A DNA stretch of 24,729 nt from an uncultured virus (IMG/VR IMGVR_UViG_3300027884_000001) (lineage: Duplodnaviria > Heunggongvirae > Uroviricota > Caudoviricetes). Location of the stretch: IMG/VR virus record IMGVR_UViG_3300027884_000001; one strand, written 5' to 3'. Shown piece by piece: positions 7,329 through 15,933 of this stretch. Position 1 is the first letter of the stretch, and each line of letters opens with the position of its first letter. Position numbers and translations under genes: made by a program. The notes under the pieces were generated by a model, which worked only from the letters and a program-made list of their open reading frames with translations, made no database searches and was not told where the DNA came from.

Positions 7329-7496
7329 ATGGCTCTGTATGAGGTACCCGTCACGGCCGTCATCGACGCGACCGACACGGCTGACGCCGAGAAGAAGACC
7401 GCCGCCATCGAGAAGCTTCTGCCTGGGGTGAAGATCATCCTGGCCAGCAAGGGCGTGAAGTCGATCACGGTTGGCAAGCCGCGGATCAAGTCGTGA
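7329..7496 (+). CDS. Hypothetical protein (55 aa, MALYEVPVTAVID...), absent from the ORF track
   Basis: AGGAGG RBS at 7315-7320; TGA stop overlaps the next GTG start. Confidence 0.75.
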   Translation: MALYEVPVTAVIDATDTADAEKKTAAIEKLLPGVKIILASKGVKSITVGKPRIKS

Positions 7497-7675
7497 CCGA
7501 GCACTGGAAGGTCATCGAGAAGAAGGCCGTGAAGGCTGACGACGGTCACCAGCTGGTGCTCGTCTGCGAGCGCCACGGCAAGAAGCGAGACGCGGTCGTT
7601 AGCGGCGTCACGTGGGACGCGGCGGTCGTCGGTGAGATGGTGGAGCTGATGCCGCTGTGGCAGGGACGAGGATGA
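7493..7675 (+). CDS. Hypothetical protein (60 aa)
   Basis: 4-nt overlaps on both sides. Confidence 0.7.
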   Translation: MTEHWKVIEKKAVKADDGHQLVLVCERHGKKRDAVVSGVTWDAAVVGEMVELMPLWQGRG

Positions 7676-7911
7676 CGTTCGACGAGCAGCTGCAGGGATG
7701 GCTGGCCGGCGAGCCGCGATGCCCGAACGACCGCGGCGAGTGCTGCCCGGACTTCTCGTGCTGCAAGCGACAGCTGCTTCAGCCGCTGGAAGTGCGCAAG
7801 CAGTTCATGGAGGCACCGCCGAAGCAGCGCGAGCGCATGCTCATGGGGTTCCTCGGTAGCTTCGTCGCGGCGATCGATCCGAAGGCGCGGGTGATTGGAG
7901 GATCTGGATGA
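7672..7911 (+). CDS. Small Cys-rich protein (79 aa)
   Basis: ATGA overlap; CPNDRGECCPDFSCC. Confidence 0.7.
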   Translation: MTFDEQLQGWLAGEPRCPNDRGECCPDFSCCKRQLLQPLEVRKQFMEAPPKQRERMLMGFLGSFVAAIDPKARVIGGSG

Positions 7912-8444
7912 CCGTCACCAGCGTCTTGTGCGCGATCGTGTGCATCGTGACGCTCGTACTCGCCAGGCGAGAGCGTCGGCTCGCATGGGAGATCCGTCAG
8001 AACGTGTTCATGTTGGCGTCGAAGGTCGCAACGACGCACGCTGGGCTGCTCATGAGCGACGAAGCGACAGCTCTTGCGCTTCCGTACAGGACCGCGGCGA
8101 CAGTGGACACGCCGCCGCTGCAAGAGACGAAGCCGAGCATACAGGGCGTCTTCGCGTGGCATGCGGAAGGACGCATCGGATCTAACGAGAGCAAGAAAAA
8201 CGGCGCGACACCGCGTCCCGCATTCGACTGTCCGCATTGCAATCGAGCTTGGTGGATGCGTGAGAGACTCTGCGAATGCAGCGACTGCGACGGCGGACAT
8301 TTCCATCTCGTGTGCGGTGGTGAGCTGCACAAAGATCAGCCGGGACAAGGCGCGTGTGGAGCGAAGTGGATCATGCGCAGCAAGGAAGCCTCGAAGATGA
8401 AGAAAGAGCCGCCGAAGGACGACGTGGTCAAGCGCGATGACTGA
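7908..8444 (+). CDS. Membrane-anchored Cys-rich protein
   Basis: N-terminal hydrophobic helix; CPHC, CECSDC, HxHxxC and C motifs. Confidence 0.7.
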   Translation: MTVTSVLCAIVCIVTLVLARRERRLAWEIRQNVFMLASKVATTHAGLLMSDEATALALPYRTAATVDTPPLQETKPSIQGVFAWHAEGRIGSNESKKNGATPRPAFDCPHCNRAWWMRERLCECSDCDGGHFHLVCGGELHKDQPGQGACGAKWIMRSKEASKMKKEPPKDDVVKRDD

Positions 8445-8721
8445 AGCTGGTGGACCCAACCCGGTGCTCGACGGCAAGCTCGCGATCGTCGAAGACTACC
8501 TGCGGCTCACGCAGTCGCTCGTGCACGCGCCCGCGTCGGCAGAGAAGTACGCCGAGATGGCGGCTGCGGTCGCCGATGCGCGTAGCATCATCGCCAACGT
8601 CCTGTGCCCTGGTTGGTGGTGCGAGAACCCGGAGTGCAAGCTCTTCGTGGGGACGGCCAAGTTCGACCTGCAGGAGTGTCGTGGGTGTGGGTCGCCACGA
8701 AAGAAGTGCCGTGAGCGCTAG
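8437..8721 (+). CDS. Hypothetical protein with a C-terminal Zn ribbon
   Basis: WCENPEC...CRGCGSPR. Confidence 0.7.
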   Translation: MTEAGGPNPVLDGKLAIVEDYLRLTQSLVHAPASAEKYAEMAAAVADARSIIANVLCPGWWCENPECKLFVGTAKFDLQECRGCGSPRKKCRER

Positions 8722-8884
8722 CCGCATCAAGACCCTGCGGTCGCTGCGATGCGTCGTGTGCAACCGTCGCACGACCGAAGCCGAGGTTCAGGAGATGTAC
8801 GAGGACTTCGGACAGAAGTTCGAGCCCGGCGAGAAGCTCGTCTGGGAGTGCAACCTGTGCGGCAAGAAGAAGGGGAAGGCATGA
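8711..8884 (+). CDS. Small Zn-finger protein (57 aa)
   Basis: CVVC...CNLC; GTG start inferred; ATGA overlap downstream. Confidence 0.65.
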   Translation: MSASRIKTLRSLRCVVCNRRTTEAEVQEMYEDFGQKFEPGEKLVWECNLCGKKKGKA

Positions 8885-9204
8885 GCGTCTCGTACCTGTG
8901 CGCTCAGTGGAAGCCGATTGCCGGACGCCTGTGCGACCGAGCGTTCAGCGTCAACGTAGCCGGACGTCCGCACTTCGAGCAGTTTCACGACAGCGGCATC
9001 GAGTACGACGTCATGCGCGACTGCGAGAACTGCAAAGACGACGGTTACGGTCGCATCGAGGTCTGCGCTGCAGGCTGCGACAAGCTCGCCGACGACTCGG
9101 AGCACCAGCAGATCGAAGACGAGAACGTGGCGGCCGAGCGGGACGCCTGGGTAGCCTTCCTGCGGCATTGTGCGGGTCACGGCGGCTACAGGGTCCAGTA
9201 CTAG
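8881..9204 (+). CDS. Hypothetical protein (107 aa)
   Basis: ATGA overlap; last gene of the coupled run. Confidence 0.7.
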   Translation: MSVSYLCAQWKPIAGRLCDRAFSVNVAGRPHFEQFHDSGIEYDVMRDCENCKDDGYGRIEVCAAGCDKLADDSEHQQIEDENVAAERDAWVAFLRHCAGHGGYRVQY

Positions 9205-9249
9205 CCAGCTGGCAGGCACTAGAGGAGAGACGACGGGCCACGGTCGCGC

Positions 9250-9255
9250 TAGGAT
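9250..9255 (+). promoter_or_regulatory. Putative -10 element (TAGGAT) of a leaderless transcript
   Basis: TANNNT 6 nt before ATG 9262 with no Shine-Dalgarno in between. Confidence 0.55.
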
Positions 9256-9261
9256 GCGGCC

Positions 9262-12200
9262 ATGAACGCCTACGAAGCAGGCCACCGCGAGCCCGTCGAC
9301 GAGCAGGCCCTGGAAGAACTCGACCTCTACGCGAACAACACGAGCGAGCTGTACCCGCAGAAGCAGGCGATCCTGCGCAACATCCAGCGGCGCATCAAGA
9401 ACGGCACGTACGATCCGTCGCTGGCGCCGAAGCTCTGGCTGTACTGGGTCGACAACGCCGCGAAGATGTACGCCAGCGAGTTCGCTGAGAGGCGCGAATG
9501 GAGCCGCATTTTCTCGCCGGCCACGCGCGAGGCGCTCGCCAAGAGGCTGGCGCGGCGCGAGTTCATGGAACTGAACGCCGAGCAGATGAATGAGCGTCTT
9601 CACACCGGCGAAGTGCGTGAGAATCGTCGCCCCTGGCCCCGCCCCAGCGCCCGCGAAGACGCCGGCCCGCACGGCGCGCTCGACTGGAAGCAGAGCGGCG
9701 ACTCGTGGGTGGCCGAGACGTTCGGCGGGGCCAAGTACAAGCTCGTCCCCGAGGCCGACGACCGGTGGCACACCTGGTACCAGAGCGGCGGCCACAAGGA
9801 GGACCTCGGGGTCCATGGCAACCTCGGCGCGGCCATGGGGGCGGCACGGCGACACCAGCCGAGGATGAGTAAGGCGGCGGAAGGCCCGTACGTGCGCAAG
9901 ACCGAGGACGAGTACGTCCTGCAGGGCAAGTACGCCCACGGCTGGGAAGATCTGACGGCCGAGAAGACCTGGAAGGAGATCAAGGCGCGCCGACGCGAGT
10001 ACATCGAGAACGAGGGCGGCAAGTACCGGATCGTGCACCATCGCGTGCGCAAGACGCCGCGAAGCGCGCCCGCGGCGAGCGAGGCGAGATCGTCTTCCGT
10101 TCCGCTTCCTCTCATCCGTACGACGTTCAGTCGGATGACGCCGGAGAGTGTCGAACAGGGCGACTTCTCGGAGACCGGCTGGATCGACGAGGACGGCGTG
10201 TCGATGGTCCCCTACGACGAAGACATGTCGGCCGTGGACATGGCGGTGAAGTTCCTGCGCTACGAGGGCGTCGTCGAAGCGTCGTCGACGCACTTCCACA
10301 AGGGGATCTGGTACTCGACCGAGTGGAGCGTTATCGACTACGGCACCGGTGAAGAAGAGGAGCGAAGCTTCCATCTCGACGGCTTCACCGAGGAGCAGGA
10401 GCGCGAGATCTTCAACGAGCTGTTCACCAAGAGAGGTCGCAACAGGGCATCCGAAGACGACCAGATCTACACGCACAAGGGCATCGGTTACGAACTGCAC
10501 AAGCGCTACCAGGGCGGCCGTCCTGGCTGGATCTACGTCGTGCACTTCACGGAAGGTCGCAAGACAGCGATCCATCCGTATGACACGAAGGCGGAAGCGC
10601 GCACGGCGGCGAAGTCGTTCATCGATCGCGAAGCGTTCGGCATCCGTGAGGCCGACGAACGCGTCCCCGTCATCCACGAGCAGACCGCGGTCGTGTCGAC
10701 GACCCAGAGCGAGACGACGACGGTGGCGGTGGCGCAGGAAGACTTCGCCACCGTCTCCCAGGCCGAGCAGCACGCGTACACCGTGGGCGCGCGCTTCATC
10801 GCGCCGTTCGGCAAGCGCAAGTACTACGTCTTCACGCCGCGCAAGGGCAAGGGCTACGACAAGCGGCTGATGTTCCACAAGGCCGGCAAGTGGCACATCT
10901 CAGCAGACAAGACGATCGCGAAGCGTCTGTCGCGCGACTCGCGCGCGATCCGCGTGAGCCAGACGGCCAAGACGATCGCGAAAGAAGGCATGGGAGAGAC
11001 GTCACACGCCCGCATGACCATCGCCCAGGCCAAGAACGAGCTGCGTCCGCTCGGCATCGCGATCCGCCGCACCGACGGCGATGAGTTCCGCGTGAACTTC
11101 CGCGGCGGCGACGAGGCCACGGCGTACTACACGAGCGATCTGGCCGATGCGGTGGCCACGGGTAAGGATATGGCGAAGCGGCGCGGCGCCGAGGCGGCCG
11201 AAGCGGAGCGTTCGAAGCGCAAGGTCGTCGGCTACATCGGCGACGTCAACTGGATCGAGTACGGCGGCGGCCCGATCTACAAGGCGCGCAGCTACGAGTA
11301 CATGCTCGAGTACCTCGAGCCCAGCGAAGAAGAAGGCGGCCCGACGACCGTCTACCAGGTGAACCTGGTCAAAGGCATCCCGTGGGGCGACGACAAGGAC
11401 ATCGCGAAGGTCGCCGAGACGATGGGCCAGGATCCGGCAGAGCTTCGCAAGGCGTTCGACAGCGACGATCCGCTGGAGCGTGCGTACGCGTATCAGTCCT
11501 GGGCCGGCTACTTCGGCTGGTACGAGCTGGATAGCAGCCCGCTCACGCTTTCGCCGTCCGAGATCAACAAGCGCTACTTCGGCACCATGCAGGCGCTCAA
11601 GAAGCTCAAGAGGCCGCACGGGTACAGGTGGAGTGCGAGCGAAGCGCGGCGTCGACGTCTGGGTCGCGCTCGCGAGCACGGACATCTCCCTGCGCGGCAT
11701 CGCGAACTGACGCGCTCGGAACTGTTCGCACTCGAACGTGGAATGGGACAGCCTACGGATGTACGCCAGGACGTGCTCGACCGACTTGTGGCTCGTGGCC
11801 TGATGCGGTACGCGGGACCTGGTCGCGGAGAGACGACTGAAGACGGGATGGACGCGGTTCGGCGCGCGAGCGGTGGCGCTGAGAACAAGCGTCGCGGCCG
11901 CAAGCGCGAGAATCTCAGTGGCAAGCCGAAGTCGCGCGCCAACGAGGCGTCGTCGCACAAGCTAGACACGTTCTGCCTGGCGTACGTCGAGGCGGCGCTC
12001 TGGTCGTCGACCGACGAGTCGCGCGATGACGGCGGCGATCCGCTCGACAAGAACTACAGCATCAAGGACATCGACAGCGAGACGCTCGACACGATGAGAC
12101 GCGACTGCGCTGACTTCCAGGAGCAGAACGAGAAGCTCCTGGCGGAGGCGTACGACCACGAGAGGTACGACGCGAGCTACGCGGGCCACGACTTCTGGCT

Positions 12201-12927
12201 CAGCCGAAATGGACATGGGGCTGGGTATTTCGATCGCGATCTAGGCGACGTCGGTGACAAGCTTCAGAATGCGGCCAAAGCGTTCGGAACGTTCGACCTA
12301 TACGTCAGCGACGGCAAGATCCACGGATCTCCGCTGCGTAAGACCGGCCGCGAGGCGAGCGAGTCGCCGAAGAAGAAGAGCGAGAAGAGTGATGACCCGA
12401 GCGCTCCAATGGAAGGCAGCTGCGCGGTGATCGTCGAACGCGGCGACGGTCTTGCGGTCATCGAGCGTAGCGAGGGATGTCAGCCAACTGGAATCAAGCT
12501 AGACACCGCCGAAGATGTCTACAAACTACTCTACAAGCGCGCCCAGCGAGCTGGCGCGGAGCCGTTCCTCTGCATCTTGCTGACGACGCAAGGCGAAATG
12601 CTCGGATCGCCGATTGAGATCGCCAGGGGCCAGGCCGATCGTGTGGCTGTCGACATCGAGCAGGTCATCATGCCCGCCGTCAATGGTGCAGCGGCCGGCG
12701 CCCGCGGAGCAATCTACGTCCATTTCCACCCGAGTGGAGGATCGGAGCACGCGCGCCCAAGTCCGGCCGACAAGCGTCTCGCTGAGGACATCAGAAAGGC
12801 GATGAAGGTGGCGTGTCCGTCGACGGAGATGGCTGACTTCGTCATCATCTGCGCGCCCACCAAGAGCGGTCGCGGGTCGTACTATTCGCACAGCGAAAAG
12901 AAGGTCACGCAGATCGACATGAACTAG
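9262..12927 (+). CDS. 1221-aa polyvalent multi-domain protein with a C-terminal RadC-like JAB domain
   Basis: About 11 globular-looking modules separated by basic linkers. The C-terminus has EPFLCILL, HFHPSG (12721-12738), PSPAD and DFVII, matching the RadC/JAB metal-binding pattern. Confidence 0.85.
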   Translation: MNAYEAGHREPVDEQALEELDLYANNTSELYPQKQAILRNIQRRIKNGTYDPSLAPKLWLYWVDNAAKMYASEFAERREWSRIFSPATREALAKRLARREFMELNAEQMNERLHTGEVRENRRPWPRPSAREDAGPHGALDWKQSGDSWVAETFGGAKYKLVPEADDRWHTWYQSGGHKEDLGVHGNLGAAMGAARRHQPRMSKAAEGPYVRKTEDEYVLQGKYAHGWEDLTAEKTWKEIKARRREYIENEGGKYRIVHHRVRKTPRSAPAASEARSSSVPLPLIRTTFSRMTPESVEQGDFSETGWIDEDGVSMVPYDEDMSAVDMAVKFLRYEGVVEASSTHFHKGIWYSTEWSVIDYGTGEEEERSFHLDGFTEEQEREIFNELFTKRGRNRASEDDQIYTHKGIGYELHKRYQGGRPGWIYVVHFTEGRKTAIHPYDTKAEARTAAKSFIDREAFGIREADERVPVIHEQTAVVSTTQSETTTVAVAQEDFATVSQAEQHAYTVGARFIAPFGKRKYYVFTPRKGKGYDKRLMFHKAGKWHISADKTIAKRLSRDSRAIRVSQTAKTIAKEGMGETSHARMTIAQAKNELRPLGIAIRRTDGDEFRVNFRGGDEATAYYTSDLADAVATGKDMAKRRGAEAAEAERSKRKVVGYIGDVNWIEYGGGPIYKARSYEYMLEYLEPSEEEGGPTTVYQVNLVKGIPWGDDKDIAKVAETMGQDPAELRKAFDSDDPLERAYAYQSWAGYFGWYELDSSPLTLSPSEINKRYFGTMQALKKLKRPHGYRWSASEARRRRLGRAREHGHLPARHRELTRSELFALERGMGQPTDVRQDVLDRLVARGLMRYAGPGRGETTEDGMDAVRRASGGAENKRRGRKRENLSGKPKSRANEASSHKLDTFCLAYVEAALWSSTDESRDDGGDPLDKNYSIKDIDSETLDTMRRDCADFQEQNEKLLAEAYDHERYDASYAGHDFWLSRNGHGAGYFDRDLGDVGDKLQNAAKAFGTFDLYVSDGKIHGSPLRKTGREASESPKKKSEKSDDPSAPMEGSCAVIVERGDGLAVIERSEGCQPTGIKLDTAEDVYKLLYKRAQRAGAEPFLCILLTTQGEMLGSPIEIARGQADRVAVDIEQVIMPAVNGAAAGARGAIYVHFHPSGGSEHARPSPADKRLAEDIRKAMKVACPSTEMADFVIICAPTKSGRGSYYSHSEKKVTQIDMN

Positions 12928-12961
12928 CGCGTGAGTCGATGGTAAGTGACCATCAATAGCG

Positions 12962-12989
12962 TTGCACGTCTATCGGTGTGCGCTACCAT
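12962..12989 (+). promoter_or_regulatory. Putative sigma70-type promoter TTGCAC-N16-TACCAT
   Basis: The -10 hexamer lies 6 nt before in-frame GTG 12996. Confidence 0.55.
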
Positions 12990-12995
12990 GAGCGT

Positions 12996-13826
12996 GTGGC
13001 TACAGAGAACCTGAAAGGTCGCCGGTTCGGCATGCTCGTAGTGGTACGTGCTGCGAAAACGGACACGCGCGTGCGTTTTCGTAAGGATCGCGGAGGCGGA
13101 CGCGTTGTCGATCGTTTCTACAAGTGGTGGTGCAGGTGCGATTGCGGCCGCATGAAGAGTATCCGTGCCGTTTCGCTAAAATGCGGCGCTTCAGAATCGT
13201 GCGGCTGCCGTCAGAACCGCATCGGAGAGATCGCTCATGCGGCGGCCGTGCGAAGACGCGAGAAGATCGATCTGCCGCCGCCGGTTCGTGGCGCACGATG
13301 GATTCCTCTGACGCAGGGCAAGTTCGCCTTAGTGGACGCCGATCGGTTCGCGGAACTGAACGAGTTCACGTGGTTCGCTGCGAAGGCGACGAAGAGTGGT
13401 GAACTATATGCGTGCCGCGGCATCGTGGAAAACGGGCGGAGCCTCCGGACGCAATCACTCCACCGTCAAGTGCTTGACATCACAGACCCAGGCATCCACG
13501 TCGATCACAAGAACGGCAAGACGCTCGATTGTCGTCGCAATAACCTGCGCGTTGCTACGCGCAGCGGAAACGGAGCCAACCGACGGAAGTTCCGGACTCA
13601 CAAGGGTCAGAAGTGGTCGTCCAAGTACAAGGGCGTCACGTTTCGACCGACCGAAGGCAACAGATGGTTGGCGATGATCCGCTTCAACGACGTCCGTCAT
13701 CGCATCGGTCTGTTTGATGACGAGATCGATGCTGCAAAAGCGTACGACGCTGCCGCACGCAATAACTTCGGCGAGTTCGCGTGCCTGAACTTCCCTCGGC
13801 GTGGCGAACGCTCGGCGCTACACTGA
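12996..13826 (+). CDS. HNH-AP2 homing endonuclease-like protein
   Basis: N-terminal GRRFGML...WWCRCDCG...SCGC module, HNH motif VDHKNGKTLDCRRNNLR, AP2 motif SKYKGV...AAKAYDAAARNNFGEFACLNFP. Start 12996 preferred over 12978 on promoter geometry. Confidence 0.9.
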   Translation: MATENLKGRRFGMLVVVRAAKTDTRVRFRKDRGGGRVVDRFYKWWCRCDCGRMKSIRAVSLKCGASESCGCRQNRIGEIAHAAAVRRREKIDLPPPVRGARWIPLTQGKFALVDADRFAELNEFTWFAAKATKSGELYACRGIVENGRSLRTQSLHRQVLDITDPGIHVDHKNGKTLDCRRNNLRVATRSGNGANRRKFRTHKGQKWSSKYKGVTFRPTEGNRWLAMIRFNDVRHRIGLFDDEIDAAKAYDAAARNNFGEFACLNFPRRGERSALH

Positions 13827-13831
13827 TCTCC

Positions 13832-14122
13832 ATGGACGCCGTCCCCTGTCCAAAGTGCAAGGGCGGGTGTGATCTGTGCTCCGGTACGGGTCGCGTCTCC
13901 AGAGGCGCGTCGCAGATCTACAACCGCGAAGAGTCGCGTCGCACGGCCAAGATGCCGGTGAGTCAGCTGCAGCAGTACTGGGCCGAGGAAGCGGCGACCA
14001 CGCCGGACGTGCTCACAGCGGCTGATCGGCGCGCGCGCCTCGGTAGGTACGCGCTCATCGTGTCCGTCGCGCTCGCGCTCGGGATCGCGATCGGATTGCT
14101 GCTCCGAGCGGCCGCTGGGTGA
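13832..14122 (+). CDS. Small protein with a DnaJ-like Cys motif and C-terminal membrane anchor (96 aa)
   Basis: CPKCKGGCDLCSGTG; hydrophobic ALIVSVALALGIAIGLLL; TACACT 7 nt upstream. Confidence 0.7.
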   Translation: MDAVPCPKCKGGCDLCSGTGRVSRGASQIYNREESRRTAKMPVSQLQQYWAEEAATTPDVLTAADRRARLGRYALIVSVALALGIAIGLLLRAAAG

Positions 14123-14180
14123 GTGCTACGATCGGACAATCGTCGCCTTGCTTCGTGGCGTCGGTCCGGCCCCCGGGCGT

Positions 14181-14200
14181 TGACCCCGCCGCGGGGGTCA
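14181..14200. terminator. Hairpin between convergent genes
   Basis: TGACCCC-N6-GGGGTCA next to the minus-strand stop at 14202; no U-tract. Confidence 0.4.
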
Positions 14201-14201
14201 C

Positions 14202-14427
14202 TTACGTCACGTTGCCTTCTTTGATCCAGCCATGCCAGCACTTGGAGTTCTTGCTGCCGACGTCGACCGATGGCGAAAGCGTGAGATCGTGCAGTCCCGT
14301 GCCGCTCATCGTCCATCGGGACGGGCCGCCGTGGGCGGATCGCATCCTGGGTTCGATGACCCTTCGCAGTCGTGTGCGACAGAAACTGAGCGTCGTACCA
14401 AGGATCATCGAGACGACCCAGGCTCAT
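14202..14427 (-). pseudogene. Frameshifted or internally deleted small gene
   Basis: Coupled ATG at 14427 gives MSLGRLDDPWYDAQFLSHTTAKGHRTQDAI, but the protein-like C-terminus GGPSRWTMSGTGLHDLTLSPSV...CWHGWIKEG is in another frame. The switch is near 14335-14345. Confidence 0.55.
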
Positions 14428-14780
14428 GCGCTGTCCTTGCGCTCGATGACCGCCCGAAGCGCGCGTCGTTCCCGCTGTCCGCCGTGCGTGCGAGCGAGCC
14501 ACGCGGTTCCTCGCGGATGACTCCGCACGGACTTCTCTGGCATCGGCAGCGTGCACAACTCGAGCACGACGGGTGGCGGACCGTGGACGACCTCGCGTCG
14601 GCGGCGAAGGCTCTGCAGGTGCGTCTCGAGCTTCCTCTTGCTGACCGCGTACGAGTCTGGGTAGCTCATCGTGGGCGCCACAACCCAGATCGTGCTCTGC
14701 GTGTACCCGCTGGTGATGCCGCCGTACGTCGGCGTCTGCGACTGGCCGAATTTGCTGGGCGCGTAAGGCCAGGGCGCCAT
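14424..14780 (-). CDS. Hypothetical protein (118 aa, MAPWPYAPSK...)
   Basis: TGATG coupling upstream and ATGA coupling downstream. Confidence 0.55.
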   Translation of the reverse strand: MAPWPYAPSKFGQSQTPTYGGITSGYTQSTIWVVAPTMSYPDSYAVSKRKLETHLQSLRRRREVVHGPPPVVLELCTLPMPEKSVRSHPRGTAWLARTHGGQRERRALRAVIERKDSA

Positions 14781-15079
14781 CACCAGCCGCCGTAGAAGTG
14801 CGCGAACGCGATGTAGACCCAGCCCATGACGTTGCCGAGCACGTAACCGAGCGCGTCTTCCGTGGAACTTCCAACGGTCTCGCCGGTCTCGTTCTTCAGG
14901 TCGTACACAAATTCCTTCCAGCCGACGAGTGCCAGGAAGACGATCTCGACGATCAAGATCCGCCACCACGTGTGCGTCGGGAAGCACGACACCGCGACCC
15001 CGTAGCCTGCGGCGAAGTGACCCAGGTCCGCGACATTCTGCAGCGATTCCATCCAATCGCCGGGCTTGGGAGCGGCCAT
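14780..15079 (-). CDS. Small multi-pass membrane protein (99 aa)
   Basis: Three hydrophobic segments with an H...KExxD...D pattern reminiscent of small membrane metal-binding families; TAAGCT 6 nt upstream (15091-15086). Confidence 0.75.
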   Translation of the reverse strand: MAAPKPGDWMESLQNVADLGHFAAGYGVAVSCFPTHTWWRILIVEIVFLALVGWKEFVYDLKNETGETVGSSTEDALGYVLGNVMGWVYIAFAHFYGGW

Positions 15080-15158
15080 GCAGCCAGCTTACCCGAGTCT
15101 TGCGCTTCTGCGAGCCAGGTCGTACGTATGCCAGCGGCGTAACGAGGAGGCTGGCACA

Positions 15159-15917
15159 ATGGCGACGGAAGACAAGCTCACGTGGTCTCAGATCGAGGCC
15201 AAGATCAAGGAAGAGTCGGGGATCGAGTTCAACGAGCTGCCTCGGCGTCAGGCGCATGTCTGGGTGCCCAAGCGCACGCCGACCGAGGTCCAGATCATGC
15301 TGGCCTTGATGACTGCGAGCCCGCAGTGGAGCACGTGGAACGACGCACAGAAGGCCGCGAAGCTCGACGATCTCATGAGCGAGATGACGCCCATGACGAT
15401 CATGAAGAACATGGCGTGGCCGCCGAACCCTGCGTACGTCGTGGCCGAGCTGTTCGATGACGAGGACGAGGTCCGCGTCTACGCCATCGCAGGCAAGGAC
15501 AGGGAGTCTGGCATCTCGTTCGGGATGCGGTACACCATCAGCAAAAGCTGCCCGCTGCCCGTGTACACGGCGTCGGGCATGTTTCTCGATGTGTGGGTCG
15601 CTGCGCTGACCGAGGAGTGGTCGGCGGTCGACGGCGAGACCAACCTGGCCGAGGTCGCCACCGAAGAGGAGCGCGACGCGGTCATCGCGTACCTCAAGTC
15701 GGTCCCTGCCGACTACCAGATCAAGGACGCGATCGACGACATCGAGGAAGAGCTGCACCTCATCGATCCGGACGATGACGATGATGGCGACGAGCCGGAG
15801 GAGACGGAAACGAAGGCGGCCGCTGAGGTAGCAAGAGGCTCCGACGAGCCGGTCGCGACGGCTCCAGGAGCCAACGGACCGGCCGGTCTCAGCGAGCCAG
15901 CTGCCTCAGCGACGTGA
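15159..15917 (+). CDS. Acidic hypothetical protein (252 aa)
   Basis: GAGGAGG RBS at 15144-15150; D/E-rich disordered tail. Confidence 0.85.
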   Translation: MATEDKLTWSQIEAKIKEESGIEFNELPRRQAHVWVPKRTPTEVQIMLALMTASPQWSTWNDAQKAAKLDDLMSEMTPMTIMKNMAWPPNPAYVVAELFDDEDEVRVYAIAGKDRESGISFGMRYTISKSCPLPVYTASGMFLDVWVAALTEEWSAVDGETNLAEVATEEERDAVIAYLKSVPADYQIKDAIDDIEEELHLIDPDDDDDGDEPEETETKAAAEVARGSDEPVATAPGANGPAGLSEPAASAT

Positions 15918-15933
15918 TAGGCTCTGGTGCGCC

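Noticed and set aside
8788..10896. 702-aa minus-strand ORF (likewise 151-873 and 11002-11958)
   Set aside because: Antisense shadows of strongly GC3-biased + strand genes; Arg/Leu/Val-rich with no domains.
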